This document shows, piece after piece, positions 32,503-42,941 of a DNA stretch of 64,000 nucleotides. The DNA is from Aquirhabdus sp. Lineage in GTDB: Bacteria > Pseudomonadota > Gammaproteobacteria > Pseudomonadales > Moraxellaceae. Positions within the stretch are counted from its first letter, which is position 1. Each line of letters begins with the position of its first letter. The notes under the pieces were generated by a model. That model did no database searches. It was not told the DNA's origin and saw only the letters and a list, made by a program, of their open reading frames with translations. The stretch spans positions 21,484-85,483 of the forward strand of contig NZ_JBKGVE010000011.1 of the NCBI RefSeq assembly GCF_046462495.1, read 5' to 3'. The translations under genes were made by a program, and so were the position numbers.

Positions 32503-33162
32503 TTATGATTCAATAGGATTAGAAACCCCATAATCAAATCGTTCTTTCCAGTCACACAAATCACTGACTATACATTCGCCACAGAGCGGGGATCGAGCTT
32601 TACAGGTATAGCGACCGTGTAGAATGAGCCAATGATGTGCATCCATGATGTAGTGCTTGGGAATGACTTTGATGAGCTTATCTTCAACCACCTCGACGGT
32701 TTTGCCTGGAGCAAGCGTAGTGCGGTTACTAACTCGAAAGATATGTGTATCGACAGCCATTGTCGGTTGTCCAAAGTAGGTGTTGAGGACTACGTTGGCG
32801 GTTTTACGTCCGACACCCGGAAGTTCTTCAAGCCCCTCGCGTGTATTGGGAACTTCGCCTTGATACTTATCGACCAAGATTTGACAGGTTTTGATGATAT
32901 TGACGGCTTTGGTATTAAACAGTCCAATTGTTTTTATATAGGTTTTGAGTGTGTCCAACCCCATGTCCAAAATAGCTTGAGGGGTATTAGCGACAGGGTA
33001 GAGGATTGCTGTCGCTTTATTGACCCCGACATCCGTGGCTTGGGCAGACAGCAAAACGGCAATCAATAATTCAAAGGCAGTGGTGTATTCAAGCTCGGTG
33101 CGTGGTTCGGGACGTTGAGCTTTGAGTCGTGCAAAAAATTCTTCAATATTGGCTTTTTTCAT
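32503..33162 (-). CDS. nth: Endonuclease III
   Basis: LSAQATD, LPGVGRKTANV, VDTH, C-x6-C-x2-C-x5-C. Confidence 0.97.
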   Translation of the reverse strand: MKKANIEEFFARLKAQRPEPRTELEYTTAFELLIAVLLSAQATDVGVNKATAILYPVANTPQAILDMGLDTLKTYIKTIGLFNTKAVNIIKTCQILVDKYQGEVPNTREGLEELPGVGRKTANVVLNTYFGQPTMAVDTHIFRVSNRTTLAPGKTVEVVEDKLIKVIPKHYIMDAHHWLILHGRYTCKARSPLCGECIVSDLCDWKERFDYGVSNPIES

Positions 33163-33172
33163 GATGTGGTAC

Positions 33173-34018
33173 TCATGTCGATTCTTGAGTAAGCTGACTG
33201 AGCTTGGTTTGTAGTTGGATTAAATCGGATTTTTTCTTCTCATCATTGGGCATGATGCTGAGTTGCTTCTCCAGTTTTTTGATCTGGCTACGCAGGGTTG
33301 CGAGCTGAATTTGAGTGATTGGATCAGGTGCAATGGATGACGTGTTGCTGTCAGTCGATAACGTTTCAGTAGATACAATGTGCTCTTTTACAGCAGACAC
33401 TTCGGCATTTGAAACAATACTCGGTAAGATTGCATTTTGATTGGCGAATCTTGAGGCGGATAATTTGATGGATTGCTTTGCAGTTTCACGGAGCTGTTTG
33501 GCCGTAAAGCGCTGACGTAAATCAACTTGCTCTTGTTTGAATTCTTGATCACGCAACTCTATTAACGCACTGCCTTGGTATGCACTGAGATCAACAGGAA
33601 TAATATCGATGCAATCGACAGGACACGGCGGTAGACAAAGCTCGCAGCCTGTACATAAGTCAGTGAGCACCGTATGCATCATTTTTCCTGAACCCAGAAT
33701 GGCATCGACCGGACAAGCATCAATACATTTGGTGCAGCCGATGCATTCATCTGCACGAATGACAGCGCGTACTGCTTGCGGGCGACCATCTTCAAGCAGG
33801 GGGTAACTGCCTAAAGCCACGGGTTCAATGGGGCGATTGGTCAATGCCGCTAGGGTCTTGACCATGGGATCACCACCGGGCACGCAGAGATTAATCGCTT
33901 CGCCTTTTACGACCGCTTCAGCATAAGGCAGGCATCCGGGCGTGCCACATTGCGCACATTGCCATTGTGGTAGTGCGGCATCAATAAGGGCAATGAGCTG
34001 AAGTTGGTCGGCGTGCAT
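33173..34018 (-). CDS. rnfB: RnfB/RsxB-like Fe-S protein with C-terminal coiled coil
   Basis: '[14 protein letters not shown]...CVPGG', two CxxCxxCxxxCP motifs. Confidence 0.85.
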   Translation of the reverse strand: MHADQLQLIALIDAALPQWQCAQCGTPGCLPYAEAVVKGEAINLCVPGGDPMVKTLAALTNRPIEPVALGSYPLLEDGRPQAVRAVIRADECIGCTKCIDACPVDAILGSGKMMHTVLTDLCTGCELCLPPCPVDCIDIIPVDLSAYQGSALIELRDQEFKQEQVDLRQRFTAKQLRETAKQSIKLSASRFANQNAILPSIVSNAEVSAVKEHIVSTETLSTDSNTSSIAPDPITQIQLATLRSQIKKLEKQLSIMPNDEKKKSDLIQLQTKLSQLTQEST

Positions 34019-34153
34019 GAGGGTTCGTTGAGCCTATGGTTAAGCGGTGCATGTTATTTAAGGTGGAGTATTTTAACGAGTTCAGCTTTGAACGGGGGAT
34101 TATTTTACAAGTGGACATTTTGGTGAGTTGCTTTTTTTGCATCACTATCGGAT

Positions 34154-34933
34154 TTAATCAAAGCGATAAATATCCATGCCCAGTGACCCCATAGAGAAAC
34201 TGGAGTGCACTACATTAAAACGCTCGCCCGCACCCATGGTGAAAAATAAAGGTAAAAGGTGTTCATCCGTAGGATGGTTTTGCTTGGCATAGGGCGCTTC
34301 ATTTCTCCAGTTTAAGACCTCATCATAGCTGTGAGAGCCGAGTTTTTGAATCATCCAGTTTTTAAAATTTTTAGCCCAATCTTCAGGCATTGCATGAGGA
34401 TCACGGAAAGACAAAGCCCGTAGGTTATGCGTGATGCTACCTGAGCCAATCAATAAAATTTGCTGCCCACGTAGACTGATTAAGGCTCTGCCTAGATCAC
34501 GCAGTTGTGCCGGACTGTAGTGGGTTGGAATAGAAATCTGTACGACGGGGATATTAGCATCAGGGTATAAATGCCGTAGTGGTGCCCAGACGCCGTGATC
34601 GCGAGGACGTAGCGCATTACCGTGAGCAGTAATCCCTGCTAAATCCAAAATATGAATAATCCGCTCAGCAAGCGCTGGGCTTCCTGCCGCAGGGTAGCGA
34701 ATTTGATAGAGCTCCGGTGGAAAACCGCTAAAGTCGTGCCAGGTTTCAGGACGCATGGCCGTCGAGATTTCCAGAGTATCGCTAAGCCAATGAGCAGATA
34801 CGACCACTATGGCATTGGGCTGTGGTAAATTATTGGACAGTCGAAACATGGCATCACTGGCCTGCCCAGCATCGACCGCCATCATGGGCGAACCGTGTGA
34901 GATAAAAAGGGCGGGAAGTGTTGCGTAAGTCAT
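34154..34933 (-). CDS. DODA/YgiD-type extradiol ring-cleavage dioxygenase
   Basis: 'FISHGSP', 'SAHW', 'DHGVW', 'GSGSITHNL', 'HPTDEHLLPL'. Confidence 0.92.
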   Translation of the reverse strand: MTYATLPALFISHGSPMMAVDAGQASDAMFRLSNNLPQPNAIVVVSAHWLSDTLEISTAMRPETWHDFSGFPPELYQIRYPAAGSPALAERIIHILDLAGITAHGNALRPRDHGVWAPLRHLYPDANIPVVQISIPTHYSPAQLRDLGRALISLRGQQILLIGSGSITHNLRALSFRDPHAMPEDWAKNFKNWMIQKLGSHSYDEVLNWRNEAPYAKQNHPTDEHLLPLFFTMGAGERFNVVHSSFSMGSLGMDIYRFD

Positions 34934-34953
34934 AATGGGGGTGATCTCAGCAG

Positions 34954-35433
34954 TTAAGCGCGATGATAAGGATGACCATTATTGATACTCATGGCGCGAT
35001 AGAGTTGTTCGATCATGATCACGCGAACCAGAGGGTGAGGGAGGGTGAGTGGTGATAATGACCAATGCCATTCAGCTTTTTGTCGCACTTCGTCAGATAG
35101 TCCATCGGGACCACCAACAGCTAGGGCAATATCTAAACCATCGAGCATCCAGCTTTGCATTGTCGTCGCAAGTTTCTCCGTGGTCAGATTGCGTCCACCC
35201 ACTTCAAGCGCAATCAGACGCTCTCTAGGCTGCAAACTGCTCAGAATCGCTTGACCCTCAATTTGGCAATACTTGTGTATCTCTGCGGCTGAGTCGGATT
35301 TTCCACGTTTTGCCATGGGCAATTCGACCAATTGCACGGTGATGAGTGGCTGCACGCGCTTAAAATAATCATCAAAACCCGTTTGGACCCAGTCTGGCAT
35401 CTTTTGACCAATAGTGAGTAAGCGAATTTTCAT
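34954..35433 (-). CDS. rlmH: 23S rRNA pseudouridine-1915 N3-methyltransferase
   Basis: 'GGPDGL', 'SPLTLPHPLVR', 'EQLYRA', 'HPYHR'; ATG 35433. Confidence 0.96.
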   Translation of the reverse strand: MKIRLLTIGQKMPDWVQTGFDDYFKRVQPLITVQLVELPMAKRGKSDSAAEIHKYCQIEGQAILSSLQPRERLIALEVGGRNLTTEKLATTMQSWMLDGLDIALAVGGPDGLSDEVRQKAEWHWSLSPLTLPHPLVRVIMIEQLYRAMSINNGHPYHRA

Positions 35434-35551
35434 GGATATTCTCTTGTAAGGAATCTTTTGAATTGAAGAGGCAATATAAAACAATACGAGCCGCGTGTGC
35501 GGCTCGTATGACAATCAATGTTTGATATCAGCGATTAAGATTACGCTTTGA

Positions 35552-36037
35552 TTAGGCTTTAGGTTTCCAAAGACTCTCGAGGTCGTAGAATGTGCGTGCA
35601 GTAGGCAGCATCACATGAACGACAACTAGGCCGAAGTCGACTAGAATCCACTCAGCATCACGCTCACCTTCCATGCCGATTGGTCGGAAGCCTGCTTTTT
35701 TGCATTCTTCAGAGACATTGTTGGCCAATGCTTTCACATGACGAGTCGATGTGCCGCTGGCAATAACCAATACATCAGACACATTGCTGATGCCTTGGAC
35801 ATCCAATTCAACGACATTCTGTGCTTTGACATCTGCCAGAGCGAGACGAACAACCTCAAGGCAAGCCGCTACTTCTTGTGCGCTTGTCATTGAAGAATTT
35901 TGGTTTGCAGTATTTGTTGCAGGTGCTGCAGACTCATTTAAGGTGCGATCTTTTAAAGAGTTTTGTTTCAAGTTGCCCGCGTTTAAATTGCTTTGCGAGG
36001 CAGGGGATGAATGACCTGTAGTAGGTTCAAGATTCAT
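35552..36037 (-). CDS. rsfS: Ribosome silencing factor with N-terminal extension
   Basis: 'DVKAQNV', 'IASGTSTRHV', 'WILVDFG', 'FYDLESLW'; start uncertain. Confidence 0.93.
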   Translation of the reverse strand: MNLEPTTGHSSPASQSNLNAGNLKQNSLKDRTLNESAAPATNTANQNSSMTSAQEVAACLEVVRLALADVKAQNVVELDVQGISNVSDVLVIASGTSTRHVKALANNVSEECKKAGFRPIGMEGERDAEWILVDFGLVVVHVMLPTARTFYDLESLWKPKA

Positions 36038-36707
36038 ACGGGGAGGTAAATCCATATAGTTTGGTGCTCTTATTATACCCCATAACACGTGCTGGAAGCG
36101 ATTTTTTAAGCAATTTTACCTGCTCAGATGTTGCAAGATGTTGACGAATCAGCGTGCTACTGATTTCTGGGGGCATTTTTTCATCAGTAAAAATAAGTCC
36201 TTGTGGTTTTTTTAATAATTGTTCCGTTGTTAAAGCTTTTTTTCCCATGAGTGCGTCAGGTAGAGTCAAGATTGCTTGCTCTTGCTGTTCTATACGAGGA
36301 AAGACCCATAGATGTGTCAGTTTGAGCAGTTCATAGCCGCCTTTCCATCGTGGCAGACTGTCAAAACTATCTTGACCGAGTACAAAAATGAGCGGGCGAT
36401 CAGGACCAATACGTTGACGAATCAGGGAGAGTGTATCAAGCGTGTAAGTCGGAGGCTGTAAATAAACTTCAGTACGATCAATTGAAAAAGGGGTATCACG
36501 CAGTGCCTGCTTCAGCATGGCAAGACGATGTTTAGTACTCGTTGCGGTATTTTTAAAAGGAGAGCCTGCTGTGGGAAGAAACTTGATTTCGGCTTGTATC
36601 CCATGTGCTGCAATCTCTTGATTAACCTCATGTGCCATCCACAAATGTCCGTTATGAATCGGATCGAATGAACCGCCAAGAAGAACAAGAGGATGAGATC
36701 GCATCAT
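36027..36707 (-). CDS. nadD: Nicotinate-nucleotide adenylyltransferase
   Basis: GGSFDPIHNGH, 'LGQDS', 'ISSTLIR'; nadD-rsfS-rlmH synteny. Confidence 0.93.
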   Translation of the reverse strand: MMRSHPLVLLGGSFDPIHNGHLWMAHEVNQEIAAHGIQAEIKFLPTAGSPFKNTATSTKHRLAMLKQALRDTPFSIDRTEVYLQPPTYTLDTLSLIRQRIGPDRPLIFVLGQDSFDSLPRWKGGYELLKLTHLWVFPRIEQQEQAILTLPDALMGKKALTTEQLLKKPQGLIFTDEKMPPEISSTLIRQHLATSEQVKLLKKSLPARVMGYNKSTKLYGFTSPYES

Positions 36708-37108
36708 GTTGAGAGGTTAGTTAATCAAGATGGGGCACAGACTAGCATAAAAGGTCGGATATCAGCATGCGCTGAATTAGATATTCAAATCGGCTTCACT
36801 GACCATCTGATACAACAAACATTCATAATTTGCCTAAGCTATACAATCAAGTCGGCTAGTCTTTAGTCAATTGCAGTATACTTTCAATTGATTCGACAGA
36901 ATTTCTTACATTTATAGATCCCGTAAACCCGCTTTATTCTTTAAACCACCCACAGTGGTGTGTACTCTGCTTGAGTGACATTTTCCAGATATACACGGCT
37001 TGCACCAAGCATAGTGTTCATATTGACCAACCAAGGTCTTTAAGTTTTTATTATTAGCAATAAAAGTATTTTTCTTGTGACTTGTTGATTCAATAAAGAG
37101 GTGTAGCG

Positions 37109-39406
37109 ATGTTCTCTCTCATCATGAAGTGGATGCAGTCTAATAAAATCTTACCCAAAATTTCCGATACAGAACGTCAGGCGCTTGAAGCGGGGCACGT
37201 TTGGATCGATGGCGGATTCTTTGCTGGGAAACCCGATTTTGACGAGATTTTGCGTCAGCCTTATTCTTTACTTAATGCCGAAGAGCAGGCTTTTCTAGAT
37301 GGTCCGTGTGAAGAACTAATCGCCATGGTCGATCAGTATGAAGTCTTGCGAACCAAAAAAGTTCCTGACGACGTATTAGCCTTTATCAAAGCACAAGGCT
37401 TTATGAGCTTTTTGATTCCGAAACAATATGGTGGGAAAGAATTCTCTCCATTGGCCATTTCAACCATTATGGCGAAGATCAATGTTCATTCATTCACGGT
37501 AGGGACTTATGTTGTTATCCCCAATTCGTTGGGTGCCGCAGAGCTGATTAAGCATTATGGGACTGAAGACCAGAAAAATAACTATCTACCGAAATTGGCT
37601 AGTGGCGAATACATTCCATGTTTTGGCTTAACTGAGCCAACAGCAGGATCAGATGCCGCAAGTATCAAGGCCGAAGGTGAAGTCTTTCGCGATGATAACG
37701 GTGATATCAAGATTCGACTTAACTTTCGTAAACGCTATATTACCTTGGCGCCTGTATCTAATCTGGTGACACTGGCGTGTAAGCTGACGGACCCGAATAA
37801 CTTGTTGGGTAAAGGCGAGGATATCGGAATCACCACGGTGCTGATTCATAAAGGCGTTGAAGGGTTTAGCTCCGGTGATCATCATGATCCTATGGGGGAG
37901 TCCTTTGATAATGGTCCTCTCATTGGTAAAGATGTCGTTGTCTCTGTTCACGATATTATCGGTGGTCCGGCCAATGCCGGTAATGGCTGGCGGATGCTGA
38001 TGGAGCAACTGGCAGGAGGTCGTGCAGTCAGTTTACCTGCTGGTGCGATTGGTGCATCAAAGGCCGTAGTTGCAACAACAGGCGCATATTCGATGGTGCG
38101 TCAGCAGTTTGGGATTCAGATTGGTTTGATGGAAGGGGTAGAGGAGAAGGTCGGTAAGATTGCTGCACTGAGCTACCTGCTCGAAGCTTCTCGCGTGTTT
38201 AGCTGTTCTGCGCTCAATGCTGGCATTCATCCTCCTGTTGTTTCCGCAGTGCTTAAGTCTTATACCACCGAGATTTCTCAAGCCTTGGGCAAGGACGGTA
38301 TGGATGTCTGTGCAGGCGCAGGCGTGATGCAAGGACCTAACAATATCCTTGCCAAGACTTATTGCTCAGCACCTGTCGGGGTTACAGTGGAAGGCGCAAA
38401 CATTTTGACTCGAACATTGATCATCTTTGGCCAAGGGGCGACACGCTGTCATCCTTATGCGCTCAAAGTTGTGGATGCGGTCGAGAAAGATGATGTGAAG
38501 CAGTTTAGAAATAGTTTGGTCGCGTGGATGGTTCAGTTTGTGGTCGGTGTCTTCCGCGTTCTTTTCCATGGTGTGACTCGCGGTATTTTTGCGAGTGTGC
38601 CCGACGTCGCGCCAGAAACGAAAACGTACTATCGCCGTTTGATATGGGCAGGTGCGCGCTTTGGGTTTCTCACCAATATGGCGATGTTTGCGATAGGGGG
38701 TAAACTTAAAGCGCGTGGAAAGTTGACGGGGCGTTATGCTGATGCGCTTGCTTGGATGTTGCTGGGTACAGCAACACTGCGTCGCTTTGAAGCTGAAGGA
38801 CGCAAGGCAGAAGATTTGCCTTTAGTGGATTATGCGTTGACCCATGCGCTGTCTGAGACACAAAAGGCTTTTGAAGGGATCTATGCAAACTTTGATGGCG
38901 CCATAGGCAGCATTTTACGTTTCTTTATGACGCTACCACTGCGTATTAATCCGCTTGCGAATCCACCGAGTGATGCAATGAGTCACGAAGCCGCCCAAAC
39001 CATCCAGCGCTATAATGAGCAGTATCTGCGTTTAATTGATGGCATCCATTTGCCTAATAACCAGAGCCCTGGCTTGGGACGTTTGCTGAAGTCATTTCGT
39101 TTGTTGAGCGAAGTCGAACCTATTTTGGCTCGAATCCACGAGGCTCAGAAACTGCACAAGCTGCGCAGAGGGTCTGCCGAAGAATTAGCAGATGAAGCGA
39201 AGAAACTTGGAATCATTAGCGAAACCGAAGCAGGTTTGGTTGCTATGGCGTTGGCAGCACGATTGGAGGCGATTGAGGTCGATGTCTTTATCCCTGAACA
39301 GTATTATCGGAAGGATCAGGGATTGAAGGGGATTTATTCTGGTGCTCCGACGGATGAGTTGGTTAACCCTGTGATTGATCTTAAAGAAAAAGAGCTTGTG
39401 GAATAG
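37109..39406 (+). CDS. fadE: Long acyl-CoA dehydrogenase, FadE type
   Basis: 'ISDTERQALEAG', 'PNSLG', 'CFGLTEPTAGSDA', 'TVEGANILTR'; AGAGGT RBS. Confidence 0.9.
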   Translation: MFSLIMKWMQSNKILPKISDTERQALEAGHVWIDGGFFAGKPDFDEILRQPYSLLNAEEQAFLDGPCEELIAMVDQYEVLRTKKVPDDVLAFIKAQGFMSFLIPKQYGGKEFSPLAISTIMAKINVHSFTVGTYVVIPNSLGAAELIKHYGTEDQKNNYLPKLASGEYIPCFGLTEPTAGSDAASIKAEGEVFRDDNGDIKIRLNFRKRYITLAPVSNLVTLACKLTDPNNLLGKGEDIGITTVLIHKGVEGFSSGDHHDPMGESFDNGPLIGKDVVVSVHDIIGGPANAGNGWRMLMEQLAGGRAVSLPAGAIGASKAVVATTGAYSMVRQQFGIQIGLMEGVEEKVGKIAALSYLLEASRVFSCSALNAGIHPPVVSAVLKSYTTEISQALGKDGMDVCAGAGVMQGPNNILAKTYCSAPVGVTVEGANILTRTLIIFGQGATRCHPYALKVVDAVEKDDVKQFRNSLVAWMVQFVVGVFRVLFHGVTRGIFASVPDVAPETKTYYRRLIWAGARFGFLTNMAMFAIGGKLKARGKLTGRYADALAWMLLGTATLRRFEAEGRKAEDLPLVDYALTHALSETQKAFEGIYANFDGAIGSILRFFMTLPLRINPLANPPSDAMSHEAAQTIQRYNEQYLRLIDGIHLPNNQSPGLGRLLKSFRLLSEVEPILARIHEAQKLHKLRRGSAEELADEAKKLGIISETEAGLVAMALAARLEAIEVDVFIPEQYYRKDQGLKGIYSGAPTDELVNPVIDLKEKELVE

Positions 39407-39421
39407 ATATCGATAGTGAAT

Positions 39422-39449
39422 AAAAAAGACTGCCTTGGCAGTCTTTTTT
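39422..39449. terminator. Bidirectional intrinsic terminator
   Basis: A6-GACTGCC-tt-GGCAGTC-T6. Confidence 0.9.
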
Positions 39450-39462
39450 ATTCGATAACTAC

Positions 39463-40155
39463 TTAATCATCACTATTACCAATAAAACGATAAACACCCG
39501 CACCCAGAAGCGCGCCGATAATTGGAGCAACCCAGAATAACCATAATTGTTTAATCGCCAGTGCATTACCTGCAACAACAGCTACTGCTGTACTACGTGC
39601 TGGATTGACAGATGTATTTGTCACGGGAATACTGATTAAATGGATGAGTGTCAGCGCCAGACCAATCGCAATTGGCGCAAAACCAGCAGGTGCGCGTTTA
39701 CTTGTTGCCCCTAAGATCACAATCAGGAAGAACGCAGTCAGAACAATTTCAGCAACCAATGCCGATGTCAGTGAATATCCACCTGGCGAGCCTGCATCAT
39801 AACCATTTAAGGCAAAACCTTGTGTGGAATCAAAGCCGACTTTACCACTGGCAATAACCCACAGCACTGCCGCCGCAGCGATACCACCAAGTACTTGAGA
39901 AATGATGTAAGGAAGGAGTTGACCTGCAGGGAAGCGACCACCAGCCCAAAGACCGATAGAAACCGCAGGATTGAAGTGACCACCTGAGATATGACCGACT
40001 GCAAAGGCCATTGTGAGGACCGTCAGACCAAATGCCAGTGCGACGCCAGCAAATCCAATTCCAAGTTCAGGGAAACCCGCTGCGAGGACTGCGCTACCGC
40101 AGCCGCCAAATACCAGCCAAAATGTTCCGAAGAATTCTGCACCATATTTTTTCAT
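39463..40155 (-). CDS. aqpZ: Aquaporin Z
   Basis: Two NPA boxes (HFNPAV, SVNPARS); AqpZ-like N-terminus. Confidence 0.97.
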   Translation of the reverse strand: MKKYGAEFFGTFWLVFGGCGSAVLAAGFPELGIGFAGVALAFGLTVLTMAFAVGHISGGHFNPAVSIGLWAGGRFPAGQLLPYIISQVLGGIAAAAVLWVIASGKVGFDSTQGFALNGYDAGSPGGYSLTSALVAEIVLTAFFLIVILGATSKRAPAGFAPIAIGLALTLIHLISIPVTNTSVNPARSTAVAVVAGNALAIKQLWLFWVAPIIGALLGAGVYRFIGNSDD

Positions 40156-40495
40156 TTTAAATGTCCTTTAATGAGTCGATAGAGGATCGATAGTCTCTTT
40201 TAAAGTATGTAAGTGACAGATGATCATTCCTTTACATACATTCACGCTTGTTGCCTGATTCTATGGAGAAAATGAAATTAGGTATATAGTTTTTGTATAC
40301 TAGTTCACATAAATACAACGAGGGCATGTGATGTATTAGAGTCAAGAATAGGAGTAACCTTTCTTATTGACAGCACAAAATCAAATCACGCGCATACCCG
40401 CAATGCCCATATAACATACTATTTATGTCAGAAAATACAGTTTGTGCAAATTTATGATCTATTTTATTCAGAATAAATAAGAAACATAATAGAAA

Positions 40496-40511
40496 TGTGA
40501 TGCAAGTCACC
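40496..40511. promoter_or_regulatory. CRP/Vfr-like binding site
   Basis: TGTGA-tgcaag-TCACC (9/10 match to TGTGA-N6-TCACA). Confidence 0.45.
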
Positions 40512-40856
40512 GACTCAGTTTTAATCAAATGGGCTGTAAAAAATGACCAAGTGGCAAATGTTGAAAAAGGATGAAAAAGGATGTTTTTTAAACATTTAAT
40601 TGATAAGTTTGTGATGTGATCTCTGGTAAATCTATAGAATTAGGTGCATATTATATTGACAGCTTAAGTGAATAAGCTGTGATCGGGGATGTTCAGTATT
40701 TTTCTTGAGACTAAGCCTAGCTTTATCTATATAGCTGCTTTTCTTAAAGGAATTTGGAAGTTGGTGTACTCATGTTCTTGCTGTATGGTTATGGTATTGA
40801 TAATCAACACAATCAGAGCAAAAAACCAATATAAGTAGCGTCAAGGGAGTATGATC

Positions 40857-41009
40857 ATGTGGTTAATCATTGTTGTATTCGGGGTGCTTGCCGTTTTAGG
40901 GGTTATGGTTTTCTTAGGCATAAAGCCAACGGTGTCTGAGCATCAAATGCTTGCGCATCAACACAGCGAGTCTGAGCTATCGAATGATCCATTTGCCAAA
41001 GGGCATTAA
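40857..41009 (+). CDS. Small single-pass membrane protein (50 aa)
   Basis: AAGGGAG RBS 7 nt before ATG; MWLIIVVFGVLAVLGVMVFLGIKPTVSEHQMLAHQHSESELSNDPFAKGH*; hairpin directly after the stop. Confidence 0.68.
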   Translation: MWLIIVVFGVLAVLGVMVFLGIKPTVSEHQMLAHQHSESELSNDPFAKGH

Positions 41010-41015
41010 GCTTTC

Positions 41016-41057
41016 GCTTGGCATTTGAGGACAAGTTTCTTTTCTTGAATGCCAAGC
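41016..41057 (+). terminator. Hairpin after the small ORF
   Basis: GCTTGGCATT ... AATGCCAAGC arms; no clean U-tract. Confidence 0.45.
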
Positions 41058-41375
41058 ATGAGCTTGCTAGAACAGCATTCTGCGATGTTTTTTATTTCAT
41101 GATGCATCATTGAAAATGATTCTGCGTTTATTGATCTATGATGATTTCTCTTTAAAATCCTATTTGATAAACGCACTCAAACCATACATTTTAAGTTTAC
41201 GTTTCTCTCAGATTGGCTCACAATAAACCCATCATTTTTTATTGAACTTAGCGTACAGTTTTGCTGAGTTGTGCGTTTTTATTTTTTGTACGTTGTTTGC
41301 TGCTTTTTCATTGAATTCATCGAAAAAAATCAAGCAGGAAAGCAGTTAGATTATCTTAAGTTTAGGAATCGCTTT

Positions 41376-42941
41376 ATGAGTAGCCCAATCATTAATCCAC
41401 CTAGCCAACTCATTATTTTTGATACCACGTTACGCGATGGCGAACAAAGCCCCGGCGCATCGATGACTAAAGAAGAAAAAATCCGTATTGCACGCCAGTT
41501 AGAAAAACTCGGGGTCGATGTGATTGAGGCGGGATTTGCTGCTGCAAGTGAAGGTGATTTTGATTCTATCTCGACAATCTCAAGCATTATCCAAAACTCA
41601 ACCATTTGTTCCCTTGCGCGCGCCAATGATAAAGATATACGCCGTGCTGGAGAAGCGATTCGCCATGCGAAACGGGGTCGGGTGCATACCTTTATCGCAA
41701 CCAGTCCGATTCATATGCAATACAAACTGCGAATGAATGAAGATCAAGTTGTGGAAGCCGCTGTGCGTGCGGTTAAAACCGCGCTGGAATTCACCGATGA
41801 TGTCGAATTTTCGGCAGAAGATGCCGTTCGCTCTGAAATTGATTTCTTGGTCCGTATCTTCGATGAGGTTATTCGTGCTGGTGCAAAAACCATCAATGTA
41901 CCAGACACCGTGGGTTATTCGAACCCTGCATTATATGCACAGCGATTTGAGCAATTAATTGCACGTGTCCCTAATGCCAATAGCGTTATTTGGTCGACGC
42001 ATTGCCATAACGATTTGGGGATGGCTGTTGCGAACTCTTTGGCCGCGGTGCAAGCGGGTGCACGTCAGGTTGAATGCACGATCAATGGACTAGGTGAGCG
42101 AGCTGGGAACGCTGCTCTCGAAGAAATCGTGATGGCGACCCGTGTACGGAAAGATTTATACAATGTGACGACCAATATCCGTACCGAAGAAATTGTACCT
42201 TCATCTCGTCTGGTTTCTGCAATTACGGGTTATGTGGTACAGCCGAATAAAGCAATCGTGGGTGCCAATGCGTTTGCACATGAGTCAGGGATTCATCAAG
42301 ATGGGATTCTGAAGCATCGCGAAACATATGAAATTATGCGCGCTGAAGATGTCGGTTGGAATGCGAATAAGCTGACTTTAGGCAAGTTGTCTGGCCGTGC
42401 TGCATTCCGTTCACGCTTAGAAGCCTTAGGAATCACACCAGATTCTGATGATGCCCTTAACGCATTATTTGTTCGCTTCAAAGAGCTAGCGGATCGCAAG
42501 AGTGAAATTTTTGATGAGGATCTACATGCACTGGTCAGCGGCCATCAGGGTGATGATGTCGTCAATCGATATGTGTTAGAAGAGCTGGAAGTGACCAGCA
42601 AGACTGGTCAAGTGCCTCGCGCGCATCTGGTTCTTAATGTTGATGGCAAGGTCCATCCTGTTAGTGCCAGCGGTTCAGGTCCTGTGGATGCCACTTTTAA
42701 AGCGATCGAAGTGGTTGCCAAATCTGGTGCCTTACTCGAGCTTTATTCAGTCAATGCCATTACCAGTGGTACGGACAGCCAAGGTGAAGTAGCCGTACGC
42801 TTGAACCAGCAAGGACGTATCGTTACTGGTCAGGGTGCTGACACCGATATCGTGATTGCCAGTGCCAAAGCCTATCTTGATGCGCTGAATTGGCTCGCGA
42901 CCCAAGGCAAAGCCAATCCGCAAACAGATGAGGTGATGTAG
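41376..42941 (+). CDS. leuA: 2-isopropylmalate synthase
   Basis: [29 protein letters not shown], regulatory domain GPVDA; ATG 41376 after AGGA. Confidence 0.96.
   Translation: MSSPIINPPSQLIIFDTTLRDGEQSPGASMTKEEKIRIARQLEKLGVDVIEAGFAAASEGDFDSISTISSIIQNSTICSLARANDKDIRRAGEAIRHAKRGRVHTFIATSPIHMQYKLRMNEDQVVEAAVRAVKTALEFTDDVEFSAEDAVRSEIDFLVRIFDEVIRAGAKTINVPDTVGYSNPALYAQRFEQLIARVPNANSVIWSTHCHNDLGMAVANSLAAVQAGARQVECTINGLGERAGNAALEEIVMATRVRKDLYNVTTNIRTEEIVPSSRLVSAITGYVVQPNKAIVGANAFAHESGIHQDGILKHRETYEIMRAEDVGWNANKLTLGKLSGRAAFRSRLEALGITPDSDDALNALFVRFKELADRKSEIFDEDLHALVSGHQGDDVVNRYVLEELEVTSKTGQVPRAHLVLNVDGKVHPVSASGSGPVDATFKAIEVVAKSGALLELYSVNAITSGTDSQGEVAVRLNQQGRIVTGQGADTDIVIASAKAYLDALNWLATQGKANPQTDEVM

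Noticed and set aside
41116..41226. 36-codon Leu-containing ORF upstream of leuA as an attenuator leader
   Set aside because: No RBS, no Leu run beyond two codons and no terminator/antiterminator pair
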